NCBI GenBank assembly: GCA_038087875.1 | Contig: CM075991.1 | Span: 3,410,001-3,474,000 of the forward strand | DNA length: 64,000 nucleotides | Reading direction: 5' to 3' | Source of the DNA: Malacoraja senta | Lineage: Eukaryota | In this document: in pieces, positions 24,044 to 36,984 of the stretch | How the letters are laid out: each line of letters begins with the position of its first letter | Numbering within the stretch: position 1 is the stretch's first letter | Made by a program: the position numbers and the translations under genes | Notes under the pieces: generated by a model | Database searches by the model: none | What the model was told of the DNA's origin: nothing | What the model saw: only the letters and a program-made list of their open reading frames with translations

Positions 24044-24365
24044 AGCCCCTGTCCCACTTAGGAAACCTGAACGGAAACCTCAGGAGACTTTGCGCCCCAC
24101 CCAAGGTTTCCGTGCGGTTCCCGGAGGTTCCCGGAGGTTTTTCCTCAGTCTCCCTAATGGTCGACAGTGGTTTCCGCTTCTTTTATGTTCCGGCGAATAT
24201 TTCAAAAAATTCAAAACCGGCCGCGACTAAAAATAGGTTGCCGTTTTAAAAATCGGTAATTTTTTAGTTGAAGCCAGTTGCAATGCTAGTTGAAGGTGGT
24301 TGCCGGAGGTTGCAGGTAGTGGAAGGTAAGACCTTTTTTCACCCAGTTTTATTCCACCAGGGAGG
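24044..24365. mobile_element. Half of a long-palindromic Harbinger-like MITE (TIR plus loop)
   Basis: TAA|AGCCCCTGTCCCACTTAGG...; direct near-copy at 30637-30961; breaks just after the central loop. Confidence 0.8.
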
Positions 24366-25034
24366 CTCTTTAATAGCTCAACTAGACACTATTTAAATAC
24401 TGGAAGCAACTTTCTCCGGCAATGCATTGATTCTACAACACTATAATCTGCAATGCACACCACTTTCTGGGCGAAAAGGTCCCTTCCAAATCTCTTATAT
24501 CTTGCTCTTAGTCTATGAGCACTGGCTTTAATCACCTTTGATAAGGGGAGAGGTTGCTGAAATTGCCCCTATCTATTTCCATTCATAATTATACGTACAT
24601 CAGTCATGTTAGAGTCTCTGGATGGAGTGGATGTGGAGAGTGTGTTTGCACTCATGGGAGAGTCTAGGACGAGAGTGTACAGCCCCAGAATAAAAGGACG
24701 TAACATTAAAAAGGTGAGGAGGAATTTCTTTAGTCAGAGGGTGGTGAATCTTGGGAATTCATTGCCACAGACGGCAGTGGAGGCTGTCATTGTGTATTTT
24801 TAAGGCAGAGATTGAGATGGTCTTGATTAGTGAGGGTGTCAATGGTTACGGGGAGAATGGGGTTGAGAGAGAAAAAATGATCAGCCAAGATTGAATGGCG
24901 GAGTAGAATCGATGGGCCGAATGGCCTGATTCTGCTCCTATGTCTTGTGGTCCTATGGTCGGTGGCGTACCGAGGTACTGTGAAAAGCTTTGTTTTGATT
25001 GCTGTTCAATTAGATCAAATAACAGCACGTTAAT

Positions 25035-27165
25035 AATAATAATAATAATAATAATAGATTTTATTTATATAGCGCTTTTCAGGACTCAACGTCACTTTAC
25101 AATTGAGAGTCAGGAATAAACAAAACAAAATAGAGCAGTAAGACAGAGGGGAGGGGAACATGGGACTAAGGGTATGCAGAGGTGAAGAGATGGGTCTTGA
25201 GGGGGGACTGGAAGATGGTGAGGGACTCAGAATTTCGGACCGGTTGTGGGAGGGAATTCCAGAGCCTGGGAGCTGCCCTGGAGAAGGCTCTGCCTCCTAA
25301 AGTGCAGAGGTTTGATTTCGGAGTGGAGAGGAGACCAGCTGATGTGGATCTGAGGGACCGTGAGGGTTGGTAGGGGGAGAGGAGGTCAATGAGATAAGGG
25401 GGGGCCAAGTTGTTGAGGGCTTTGTAGGTGAGGACCAGGATTTTGTAGGTGATCCGGTGGGAAATGGGAAGCCAGTGAAGTTCTTTGAGAACTGGGGTGA
25501 TGTGGTGCCAGGATTTGGTGTGGGTAATGAGTCGGGCGGCTGCATTCTGGACCAGTTGGAGTCGTTTGATGCTGCTGGAATTGATTCCGAAGAGAAGAGA
25601 GTTACAGTAGTCCAGTCGGGAGGAGATGATGCATGGATGAGTCTTTCAGCAGCGGGGGGTGTGAGAGACGATCTGATTTTTGCAATGTTGCGGAGGTGAA
25701 AAAATGATGTTTTGACAACATGGCGGATGTGAGGCTCAAGGGAGAGGGTTGAGTCAAGGATCACGCCAAGGTTGCGTGCCTGAGGAGATGGGGAGACAGT
25801 GGTGCCGTCGATAGTGAGAGTGGGGTTGTTAATTTTAGTGAGTGTTGAATTGGAGCCAATGAGGAGAAATTCTGTTTTGCTACTGTTTAATTTAAGGAAG
25901 TTGAGTTGCATCCAAGATTTGATGGCTGATAGGCAGGAGTTGATATGGGAGAGAGGGGGGTGGTGGGGGGACTTGGTGCTGAGATAGATCTGGGTGTCAT
26001 CAGCATAGCAGTGGAAGTCCAGGTTGAAGTGACGGAGTATATGACCAAGGGGGAGGATGTAGATGATGAAGAGGAGGGGACCAAGAACGGAGCCTTGGGG
26101 AACGCCTTGAGTGACAGTGGCTGTGGCAGAGGTGTGGTTATGGAGAGAGATGAAGTGGGATCGGTTGGAAAGGTAAGAACGGAACCAGCTGAGTGCAGAA
26201 CCTTCAATGCCAAGGTCCCTAAGTCTGGTGAGCAGGATGTTTTGGTTGACGGTATCGAAGGCTGCACTCAGGTCGAGGAGGATGAGGATATTGAGGGAGC
26301 CAGAGTCAGCAGAGGTAAAGAGGTCATTGAGGACTTTGAGGAGAGCAGTTTCTGTGCTATGGAGGGGGCGAAAGCCAGATTGGAGGGGTTCGAATAGGTT
26401 ATACGCGAGGAGGTGGGAATGAAGTTGTGACGCGACGATGCGCTCCAGGGTTTTTGAAAGAAAGGGGAGGTTTGAGATGGGGCGGTAGTTAATGAGAGAG
26501 GAGGGATCAAGACCAGGTTTCTTTAAGATTGGTGTGACAGCAGCAGTTTTGAAAGCAGAGGGGACAGTTCCTTGGGACAATGAGGAGTTGAAAAGATTAG
26601 TGAGGTAGGGGCAGAGAGCAGGGAGGCAGGACTTCAGCAGGGGAGTGGGGAGAGGTTCAAGGGAGCAGGTAGTGGGTTTGGAAGAGCTGATGAGTTTGGA
26701 GATTTCAGTAGGGGTGACCGGGTCAAACTGGGAGAGGAAGCAGTGAGGGGGAGGGGTATGGAGATCAGCGGAGATGTTGAAAGGAGGGGCCTTGGTAGGT
26801 GGTGGCGTAGATGCTGGGGAGTCGGGTACAGGGGATAGGGATTGATAGATGGTGCTAATTTTATCAGCAAAAAAGTGGAGGAATGAGTTGCAGAGATCCG
26901 GAGTGGAGGTAGGGAGAGTGATGGCTCGAGGCTTGAGGAGGTTGCAGACTGTGGAGAAGAGGGTTCTGTGGTTTAGGCAGGGGTCAGTGAATATGGAGGA
27001 GAGGTATGCAGATTTAGCAGCAATGAGGGCATCTTTGTAGGCAGTGAGGTGGAGTTTGTAAGCTTCATGGTGGACTGTGAGAGGTGATTTCTTTATGAGT
27101 CGTTCAAGTCGGCGACCAATCTGTTTCAGCTTACGAAGTGCAGGTGTGTACCAGGGTGAAGATTT
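25035..27165 (-). mobile_element. L2-clade LINE, 5' truncated, with RT domain
   Basis: NYRPISNLPFLSK, LLDLSAAFDTV, GVPQGSVLGP, YADDTQIY; frameshift at ~25625; stop after HLFTSAYP at 25166; (TTA)n tail. Confidence 0.93.
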
Positions 27166-28436
27166 CAATCAAGTTAAATACAATCAAGTTAAACTCAAGC
27201 ACAATAGGTAGAGCAAAGGGGAAGATACAGAGTGCAGAATATAGTTCTCAGCATTGTAGCGCAACAATTCCAAAGACAGTCCAAACAAGGATGAAATAAA
27301 CGAAGGCAGAGATTAAGAGGTTCTTGATTAGCATGGGCGTCAAAGGTTACGGGGAGAAGGCTGGAGAATGGGGCTTTCCCCTGCTGCCCTTCTTGAACGG
27401 AGGGAGCACATTTACCATCTTCCACTTTGATCAACCTGGGACACTGCAACCCCTGCTCACATTCTCTTCACTGTGGACACTAACTGAGCATTTTATACTC
27501 TCCTTGCTGACTGTCTCCAATTCCAATTCCTATCCCACCGAGCCTGTGGCAACCAGTGATCACCCTGAGATTACACCAACACCGTCCAACACACGAGACA
27601 CATTTACAATTTGACATAAGCCAATTAACCTACATACAAGCCTGTACGTCTTTGGAGTGCAAGAGGAAACCTGCAAAGGGGCTGCCTTTGAGCTTCCTGT
27701 TACTTCACCCTGACACACACAGCACTATTTTGGCGGTGCTTTGGTATAAAATGTGGGCTACGGCCTGGCAGCTGCAGTGCTATCTGTTGGAGTCATAGAG
27801 TCACACAGCACGGAAACAGGCCCAACTTGCCCACACCAACCAAGCTGCCCCATCTACACTAGTGAGAAGGAATGGGTGACGTTTCGGATCGAGACCTTTC
27901 TTCGGAAGAAGGGTCTCGTCCCGAAACGTCGCCCATTCCTTCTCTCCAGAGATGCCGCCTGTCCCGCTGAGTTACTCTAGCATTTTGTGTCTATCTCTGG
28001 TTTAAACCAGCATCTGCATTTCCTTCCTAACCATCTACTCAATATTCACAGTCAAGTGAAGAAACTTACTGTATAGCTGACAAGTCAGGATTCTGACTTA
28101 ATTCCAGATAAATGTGTGTAGACATGTCGTAATGTTTCCACAGGCAAATTGAATCGTTTAGACTTTAGACTTTCAGAGATACAGCACAGAAACAGGCCCT
28201 TCACCGCACCGAGTACGAGCCAATCAGCGATCACCCCACACACCAGCACCATCCTACACACTAGGGACAATTTATAATTTTACAGAAGCCAAATGAACCT
28301 ACAAACCTGCACGTCTTTGGAACGTGGGAGGAAACCAGAGCACCCGGAGAAAACCCACATGGTCATGGGAAGAAAGTACAAATTCCACACAGACAGCACC
28401 TGTAGTCAGGATTAAACTCGGTCTCTGGCGCTGTAA

Positions 28437-28704
28437 AGGGCCTGTCCCACTTGGCGATTTTTTTTGGCGATTGCCGGCATTGACTGACGTATCATTGACT
28501 GATGTATCAGGGTCGCCAAAAGATGTTGAACATCTCAAATTCCAGCGGCGACAAAAAAATGTTGCGACACTTGAGGAAACACCACGCATCAACACGCCAT
28601 CATGCCGCGTCACGACGCATCACGCTGCAACTTTTTCGATAACCTGATACGTCAGTCAATGATGCCAACAGTCGTCAAATAAATTGCCAAATGGGACAGG
28701 CCCT
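28437..28704. mobile_element. PIF/Harbinger-like MITE inside an HE1-like SINE (mirror copy at ~32030-32297)
   Basis: TAA on both sides; TIR AGGGCCTGTCCCA. Confidence 0.85.
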
Positions 28705-28809
28705 TAAAACAGCAACTCCACAGCTGCGCCTGATTGCATTTGGCCCATATCCCTCTAAATGATTCTTGGAGTACAGTAAAACTCTATTAATCAAGAATCT
28801 GGATTAGCA

Positions 28810-29960
28810 TAGTGGGTTAGCATCTGATGAGCGTTTGACAGCACTGGGCCTCGACTCACTGGAGTTTAGAAGGTTGAGGGGGCACTTCATTGAAACTTAC
28901 AGAATAATGAAAGGCATAGTTAGAGTGGATGTGGAAAGGATGTTTCCACTGGTGAGAGAGTCCAGGACGAGAGGTCACATCCTCAGAATTAAAGGGTGCT
29001 CTTTTGGAAAGGAGGTGAGGAGGAACTTCTTTAGTCAGAGGGTGGTTAATCTGTGGAACTCATTGCCACAGAGGGCTGTGGAGGTCAAGTCAGTGGATAT
29101 TTTTAAGGCAGAGATAGACAAATTCTTGATTAGAACGGGTGTCAAGGGTTATGGGGAGAAGGCAGGAAAATGGGATTAGGAGGCGGAGATCAGCCATGAT
29201 TGAATGACGGAGTAGACTGGATGGGCCGAATGGCCTAATTCTACTATAATTGGTGGTTGTGAATCTGGATGTTTGGATATCTTGATAGTCTGGCATCTGG
29301 TCCGCTCATTAGTTTAAATGTGACCTTGGATTATGGAATGCTAGTGAGCTGCAGAGACAGAGCTGGGGTCCAGAGTATGACTGGAGCCAGGATCAGGCTT
29401 GTTGGCTGAGTATGCAACCAGATGTTTACAGTCAGGACAACTGTCTAATGTGTATACAAAGAAGATGAAGAGACATGTCTATAGTCAGAGGGTGGTGAGT
29501 CTGTGGAACTCATTGCTGCAGAAGGCTGTGGAGGCTAAGTCAGTGGATATTTTTAAGGCAGAGATAGATCGATTCTTGATTTGTACGGGTGTCAGAGGTT
29601 ATGGGGAGAAGGCAGGAGAATGGGGTTAGGAGGGAGAGATAGATCAGCCATGGTTCTATGGCGGAGTAGACTTGATGGGCCGAATGGCCTAATTCTACTC
29701 CTATCCCTTATGAAGAGAAATTTCTTTAGTCAGAGGGTGGTGAGTCTGTGGAATTCATTGCCACAGACGGTGGTGGAGACCAAGTCACTGTGTATTTTTA
29801 AAGTGGAAATTAAAAGTTCTTGATTAGTAAAGGTGTCGTGGGTTATGGGGGGAAGGCAGGAGAATTGTGTTGAGAGGGGCAGATAGATCAGCCATGATCG
29901 AATGATGGAGAGACAGACGGAGCCGAACGGCCTAATTCTGCCCCTGTGTCTTATGTCTTA
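28810..29960 (+). mobile_element. Tandem CR1 3' fragments
   Basis: Three RVV(N/S)LWNSL...GYGEKAG ends. Confidence 0.85.
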
Positions 29961-30126
29961 CGTATGTTTGCACATTTCTCACTCGCTTTAACTTGACTGG
30001 GTTTACTTGAAGATTTGTTGCAGGTAGTTCTGCTGCAACCCAATCGTTGCATTCCTAAGGAAATCCGTGTTATAGAAAATTATGATACAAAGACAATTGT
30101 ATCAGTGGGGGGACAACAGGGAGTTA

Positions 30127-30620
30127 AGGGGCTGTCCCACTTGGGCGACCTAATTGGCGAGTTTGGAAGAGTTTGAAAAAATGACATGTAGAAGACCTCC
30201 TTCGACTATGTAGAAGACTATCTTCGACCAGCTATGACTAGCTACGACTAACTTTGGGAAAATTGGACACCGAATAGTGGAGAGTGAAGACGACCGATCT
30301 CCTTCGACCTCCCTTTGAATATGATGAAGACTATCTACAGCTACCTTTGACTACCCTCGATTACCTACGACTAACATGCCGACCTACTACGACTAAACCT
30401 ACGAGTAAAAAAAGTATTGATTTTTTCCATGGCGACCTTTTTTTTACTCGCGGGCATTTTTTAACATATTGAAAAAAAACGCCGCGACCAAGCTGGGGCC
30501 TCGAGTACGCGGAGACCACTCTCGAGCATGAAGGAGAGTTACAAAGTCCTCCTACGACCTCATGTCGACCATGCTGCGAGTATGAGTCGAAGACAAACTC
30601 GCCAGATTAGGTCGCCCTTT
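30127..30620. mobile_element. PIF/Harbinger-like MITE of the 3497-4024 family, opposite orientation, right TIR partly deleted
   Basis: TTA|AGGGGCTGTCCCACTTGGGCGACCTAAT; the body is the reverse complement of the 3.5-4.0 kb copy. Confidence 0.8.
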
Positions 30621-30636
30621 AGGGATTAGAGAGTAA

Positions 30637-30961
30637 TGCCCCTGTCCCACTTAGGAAACCTGAACGGAAACCTCTGGAGACTTTGCGCCCCACCCAAGGT
30701 TTCCGTGCGGTTCCCGGAGGTTTTTGTCAGTCTCCCTAATGGTCGACAGTGGTTTCCGCTTCTTCTATGTTCCGGCGATTATTTCAAAAAATTCAAAATC
30801 GGCCGCGACTAAAAATAGGTTGCCGTTTTAAAAATCGGTAATTTTTTAGTTGAAGCCGTTTGCGATGCTAGTTGAAGGTGGTTGCCGGAGATTGCAGGTA
30901 GTGGAAGGTCAGACCTTTTTTTCACCCAGTTTTATTCCACCAGGGAGGTCTTACCTTCCAC
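30637..30961. mobile_element. Second half-copy of the long-palindromic MITE
   Basis: TIR, loop, then AGGTCTTACCTTCCA (30946-30960), the reverse complement of TGGAAGGTAAGACCT that precedes the loop in the 24 kb copy. Confidence 0.8.
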
Positions 30962-33900
30962 CACCGTCTGTGGCAATGAATTCCACAGACTCACCACCCT
31001 CTGACTAAAGAAATTTCTCTTCATAAGGGATAGGAGTAGAATTAGGCCATTCGGCCCATCAAGTCTACTCCGCCATAGAACCATGGCTGATCTATCTCTC
31101 CCTCCTAACCCCATTCTCCTGCCTTCTCCCCATAACCTCTGACACACGTACAAATCAAGAATCGATCTATCTCTGCCTTAAAAATATCCACTGACTTAGC
31201 CTCCACAGCCTTCTGCAGCAATGAGTTCCACAGACTCACCACCCTCTGACTATAGACATGTCTCTTCATCTTCTTTGTATACACATTAGACAGTTGTCCT
31301 GACTGTAAACATCTGGTTGCATACTCAGCCAACAAGCCTGATCCTGGCTCCAGTCATACTCTGGACCCCAGCTCTGTCTCTGCAGCTCACTAGCATTCCA
31401 TAATCCAAGGTCACATTTAAACTAATGAGCGGACCAGATGCCAGACTATCAAGATATCCAAACATCCAGATTCACAACCACCAATTATAGTAGAATTAGG
31501 CCATTCGGCCCATCCAGTCTACTCCGTCATTCAATCATGGCTGATCTCCGCCTCCTAATCCCATTTTCCTGCCTTCTCCCCATAACCCTTGACACCCGTT
31601 CTAATCAAGAATTTGTCAATCTCTGCCTTAAAAATATCCACTGACTTGACCTCCACAGCCCTCTGTGGCGATGAGTTCCACAGATTAACCACCCTCTCAC
31701 TAAAGAAGTTCCTCCTCACCTCCTTTCTAAAAGAGCACCCTTTAATTCTGAGGCTGTGACCTCTGGTCCTGGACTCTCCCACCAGTGGAAACATCCTTTC
31801 CACATCCACTCTAACTATGCCTTTCATTATTCTGTAAGTTTCAATGAGGTCCCCCCTCAACCTTCTAAACTCCAGTGAGTCGAGGCCCACTGCTGTCAAA
31901 CACTCATCATATGCTAACCCACTATGCTAATCCAGATTCTTGATTAATAGAGTTTTACTGTACTCCAAGAATCATTTAGAGGGATATGGGCCAAATGCAA
32001 TCAGGCGCAGCTGTGGAGTTGCTGTTTTAAGGGCCTGTCCCATTTGGCAATTTTTTCGGCGACTGTTGGCATCATTGACTGACGTATCAGGTCATCGAAA
32101 AAGTTGCAGCGTGATGCGGCGTGACGCGGCATGATGGCGTGTTGATGCGCGGTGTTTCCTCAAGTGTCGCAACATTTTTTTATCGCCGCTGGAATTTGAG
32201 ATGTTCAAAATCTTTTGACGACCCTGATACGTCAGTCAATGATACGTCAGTCAATGCCGGCAATCGCCAAAAAAATCAGCAAGTGGGACAGGCCCTTTAC
32301 AGCGCCAGAGACCGAGTTTAATCCTGACTACAGGTGCTGTCTGTGTGGAATTTGTACTTTCTTCCCGTGAACATGTGGGTTTTCTCCGGCTGCTCTGGTT
32401 TCCTCCCACGTTCCAAAGACGTGCAGGTTTGTAGGTTCATTTGGCTTCCGTAAAATTATAAATTGTCCCTAGTGTGTAGGATGGTGCTGGTGTGTGGGGT
32501 GATCGCTGGTTGGCTCGTACTCGGTGCGGTGAAGGACCTGTTTCTATGCTGTATCTCTGAAAGTCTAAAGTCTAAACGATTCAATTTGCCTGTGGAAACA
32601 TTACGACATGTCTACACACATTTATCTGGAATTAAGTCAGAATCCTGACTTGTCAGCTATACAGTAAGTTTCTTCACTTGACTGTGAATATTGAGTAGAT
32701 GGTTAGGAAGGAAATGCAGATGCTGGTTTAAACCAGAGATAGACACAAAATGCTAGAGTAACTCAGCGGGACAGGCAGCATCTCTGGAGAGAAGGAATGG
32801 GCGACGTTTCGGGACGAGACCCTTGTTCCGAAGAAAGGTCTCGATCTGAAACGTCACCCATTCCTTCTCACTAGTGTAGATGGGGCAGCTTGGTTGGAGT
32901 GGGCAAGTTGGGCCTGTTTCCGTGCTGTGTGACTCTATGACTCCAACAGATAGCACTGCAGCTGCCAGGCCGTAGCCCACATTTTATACTGATGAGGGAT
33001 AAATATAGGCCAAAGCACCGCCAAAATAGTGCTGTGTGTGTCAGGGTGAAGTAAGAGGAAGCTCAAAGGCAGCCCCTTTGCAGGTTTCCTCTTGCACTCC
33101 AAAGACGTACAGGCTTGTATGTAGCTTAATTGGCTTATGTCAAATTGTAAATATGTCTCGTGTGTTGGACGGTGTTGGTGTAATCTCAGGGTGATCACTG
33201 GTTGCCACAGGCTCGGTGGGATAGGAATTGGAATTGGAGACAGTCAGCAAGGAGAGTATAAAATGCTCAGTTAGTGTCCACAGTGAAGAGAAAGTGAGCA
33301 GGGGATGCAGTGTCCCAGGTTGATCGAAGTGGAGGATGGTAAATGTGCTCCCTCCGTTCAAGAAGGGCAGCAGGGGAAAGCCCCATTCTCCAGCCTTCTC
33401 CCCGTAACCTTTGACGCCCATGCTAATCAAGAACCTCTCAATCTCTGCCTTCGTTTATTTCATCCTTGTTTGGACTGTCTCTGGGACTAGTGCGCTACAA
33501 TGCTGAGAACTATATTCTGCACTCTGTATCTTCCCCTTTGCTCTACCTATTGTGCTTGAGTTTAGCTTGATTGTATTAACTTGTGCTGTTATTTGATCTA
33601 ATTGAACAGCAATCAAAACAAAGCTTTTCACAGTACCTCGGTACGCCACCGACCATAGGACCACAAGACATCGGAGCAGAATCAGGCCATTCGGCCCATC
33701 GATTCTACTCCGCCATTCAATCTTGGCTGATCTTTTTTTCTCTCAACCCCATTCTCCCCGTAACCGTTGACACCCTCACTAATCAAGAACCTCTCAATCT
33801 CTGCCTTAAAAATATCCAAATGACAGCCTCCACTGCCGTCTGTGGCAATGAATTCCCAAGATTCACCACCCTCTGACTAAAGAAATTCCTCCTCATCTTT

Positions 33901-34280
33901 TTAATGTTACGTCCTTTTATTCTGGGGCTGTACACTCTCGTCCTAGACTCTCCAACGAGTGCAAACACACTCTCAACATCCACTCCATCCAGAGACTCTA
34001 ACATGACTGATGTACGTATAATTATGAATGGAAATAGATAGGGGCAATTTCAGCAACCTCTCCCCTTTTCAAAGGTGATTATAGCCAGTGCGCATAGACT
34101 AAGAGCAAGGTATAAGAGATTTGGAAGGGACCTTTTTCGCCCAAAGAGTGGTGTGCATTGCAGATTATAGTGTTGTCGGAGAAAGTTTATAGTGTTGTCG
34201 GAGTGCATTGCAGAAATGCATTGCCGGAGAAAGTTTCTTCCAGTATTTAAGAAGTGTCTAGTTGAGCTAATAAAGAGCCT
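30957..34280 (-). repeat. Right arm of inverted segmental duplication
   Basis: Reverse complement of the left arm without the L2; empty L2 site at ~33575. Confidence 0.95.
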
Positions 34281-34988
34281 GGACATGTAAGACTTTGGTC
34301 CAAGAGCTGGAAGATGGGATTGACTCAGATGGATCCACTGGTCAGGATGGAATTGGTGGAGTGAATATATCTATGTGTGACCCATGACCCTGTGACACTA
34401 AATTATCTTCTCGACTGAAAGGAACGTCAAGTCGATGGATGGTGTAGAGGGTAGACAATGTGGCAGGGCAGGATGAGGTGGACAAGAACGAGAGCTTAAT
34501 CAGGGATGAGTCGCACCCCATCCACTCCCTCTTCTCCCCTCTCCCATCAGGCAAAAGGTATAGAAGTGTGAAAACGCACGCACCTCCAGATTCCTCCCAG
34601 CTGTTATCAGGCATCTGAACCATCCTACCAACAACTAAAGAGCAGATTGGACTTTACTGGACTTTATCTTGCGCTAAACGTTATGTCTAGGAAGAAACTG
34701 CAGATGCTGGTTTACACCGAAGTTAGACACACAATGCTGGAGTGTTCCATAGCTGCATGAAAATAACGAGGAGAGAGAAATGCAGAAAAATGCCAACACA
34801 ATAGGGAGTATATTACCTTTCATTTCCAATAATTGTCCTGTCATAACATGTCCGCCACATGGTTTGAAGTGTGGCCTTCGAACTGGGATGGCATGCTGCT
34901 TTTGGGCAAGTGATGCCTCGAGCAATATTTTGGCTAAGATTACAAGGCCCACAACTCCAATAAGACCAAATGTAAACTTTCCAGACTG

Positions 34989-36383
34989 ATGTCAGCGTTA
35001 GTTCCTGAGGATTGGAGGGTAGCAAACGTAACCCCACTTTTTAAGAAGGGAGGGAGAGAGAAAACGGGGAATTACAGACCAGTTAGTCTAACATCGGTAA
35101 TGGGGAAACTGCTAGAGTCAGTTATTAAAGATGGGATTGCAGCACATTTGGAAAGTGGTGAAATCATTGGACAAAGTCAGCATGGATTTACGAAAGGTAA
35201 ATCGTGTCTGACGAATCTTATAGAATTTTTCGAGGATGTAACTAGTAGAGTGGATAGGGGAGAACCAGTGGATGTGTTGTATCTGGACTTTCAGAAGGCT
35301 TTCGACAAGGTACCACATAAGAGATTAGGATACAAACTTAAATCACACGGTATTGTGGGTTCAGTATTGATGTGGATAGAGAACTGGCTGGCAAACAGGA
35401 AGCAAAGAGTAGGAGTAAACGGGTCCTTTTCACAATGGCAGGCAGTGACTAGTGGGGTACCGCAAGGCTCAGTGCTGGGACCCCAGCTATTTACAATTTA
35501 TATTAATGAACTGGATGAGGGAATTGAAAGCAACATCTCCAAGTTTGCGGATGACACTAAGCTGGGGGGCAGTGTTAGCTGTGAGGAGGATGCTAGGAGA
35601 CTGCAAAGTGACTTGGATAGGCTGGGTGAGTGGGCAAATGTTTGGCAGATGCAGTATAATGTGGATAAATGTGAAGTTATCCACTTTGGTGGCAAAAACC
35701 GGAAGGCAGACTATTATCTATATGGTGGCCGATTAGGAAATGGGGAGATGCAGCGAGACCTGGGTGTCATGGTACAGCAGTCATTGAAAGTAGGCATGCA
35801 GGTGCAGCAGGCAGTGAAGAAAGCGAATGGTATGTTGGCTTTCATAGCAAGAGGATTTGAGTATAGGAGCAGGGAGGTTCTACTGCAGTTGTACAGGGTC
35901 TTGGTGAGACCACACCTGGAGTATTGCGTACAGTTTTGGTCTCCAAATCTGAGGAAGGACATTATAGCCATAGAGGGAGTGCAGAGAAGGTTCACCAGAC
36001 TGATTCCTGGGATGGCAGGACTTTCATATGAAGAAAGACTGGATAGACTTGGCTTATACTCGCTAGAATTTAGGAGATTGAGAGGGGATCTTATAGAAAC
36101 GTACAAAATTCTTATGGGGTTGGACAGGCTAGATGCAGGAAGATTGTTCCTGATGTTGGGGAAGTCCAGGACAAGGGGTCACAGCTTAAGGATAAGGGGG
36201 AAATCCTTTAAGACTGAGATGAGGAAAAACTTTTTCACACAGAGAGTGGTGAATCTCTGGAACTCTCTGCCACAGAAGATAGTTGAGGCCAGTTCATTGG
36301 CTATATTTAAGAGGGAGTTAGATGTGGCCCTTGTGGCTAAAGGGATCAGGGGGTATGGAGAGAAGGCAGGTACGGGATACTGA
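34989..36383 (+). CDS. CR1 LINE ORF2 reverse transcriptase portion, 5' truncated, uninterrupted frame
   Basis: [53 protein letters not shown]; 3'UTR and TATG-type tail to ~36483. Confidence 0.93.
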   Translation: MSALVPEDWRVANVTPLFKKGGREKTGNYRPVSLTSVMGKLLESVIKDGIAAHLESGEIIGQSQHGFTKGKSCLTNLIEFFEDVTSRVDRGEPVDVLYLDFQKAFDKVPHKRLGYKLKSHGIVGSVLMWIENWLANRKQRVGVNGSFSQWQAVTSGVPQGSVLGPQLFTIYINELDEGIESNISKFADDTKLGGSVSCEEDARRLQSDLDRLGEWANVWQMQYNVDKCEVIHFGGKNRKADYYLYGGRLGNGEMQRDLGVMVQQSLKVGMQVQQAVKKANGMLAFIARGFEYRSREVLLQLYRVLVRPHLEYCVQFWSPNLRKDIIAIEGVQRRFTRLIPGMAGLSYEERLDRLGLYSLEFRRLRGDLIETYKILMGLDRLDAGRLFLMLGKSRTRGHSLRIRGKSFKTEMRKNFFTQRVVNLWNSLPQKIVEASSLAIFKRELDVALVAKGIRGYGEKAGTGY

Positions 36384-36484
36384 GTTGGATGATCAGCCAT
36401 GATCATATTGAATGGCGGTGCAGGCTCGAAGGGCCGAATGGCCTACTCCTGCACCTATTTTCTATGCATGTATGTATCTATGTA

Positions 36485-36984
36485 AGCCCCTGTCCCACTT
36501 TCACGACCTAATTGGCGACCTCTGCCGAGTTTGCCCTTGACTCATACTCGCATGGTCGCCACGAGGTCGTAGGAGGTCTTCGTAACTCTTCCTCATGCTC
36601 GCGAGTGGTCTCCGCGTACTTGTGGCTTCAAGTAGGTCGCGCCGTTTTTTCCAGCCTGATAAAAAATGTCCACGAGTAAAATAAAAGTCGGCATGGTCGA
36701 TGCCTTTTACTCGTAGGTAGGTCGTAATGGTAGTCGTAGGTCGGTACCTGGAGAACAAAAATGCAAACATGACATCTTTTTATCATGTGGTCATTTTCCA
36801 TCCGTAGCTAGTCTTAGTTGGTCTTAGGTGTGGACAACTGAGGTCGAGGAGGGTCGTAGGAGGTCGTAGACATAGTCGTAGGAGTTTTTTTACTTCGGCG
36901 AGTCAACACGACCTTGACATTTTTTTCAACTCGTCTAGGGTCTTCTAAACTCGTGGATTAGGTCGTCCAAGTGGGACAGGCCCT
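36485..36984. mobile_element. PIF/Harbinger-like MITE
   Basis: TIR GCCCCTGTCCCACTT / AAGTGGGACAGGCCCT|TTA; related to 3497-4024 and 8988-9203. Confidence 0.8.

Larger units (their letters stand above)
24363..29777 (+). repeat. Left arm of inverted segmental duplication (includes a later L2 insertion)
   Basis: Reverse complement of 30957-34280; mirrored ORF-track entries, e.g. 29399+ and 31105-, 27324+ and 33140-, 24606+ and 33783-. Confidence 0.95.

Noticed and set aside
34780..34989. Open frames on both strands with a minus-strand donor-like AAG|GTAATA
   Set aside because: No recognisable product and no acceptor identified
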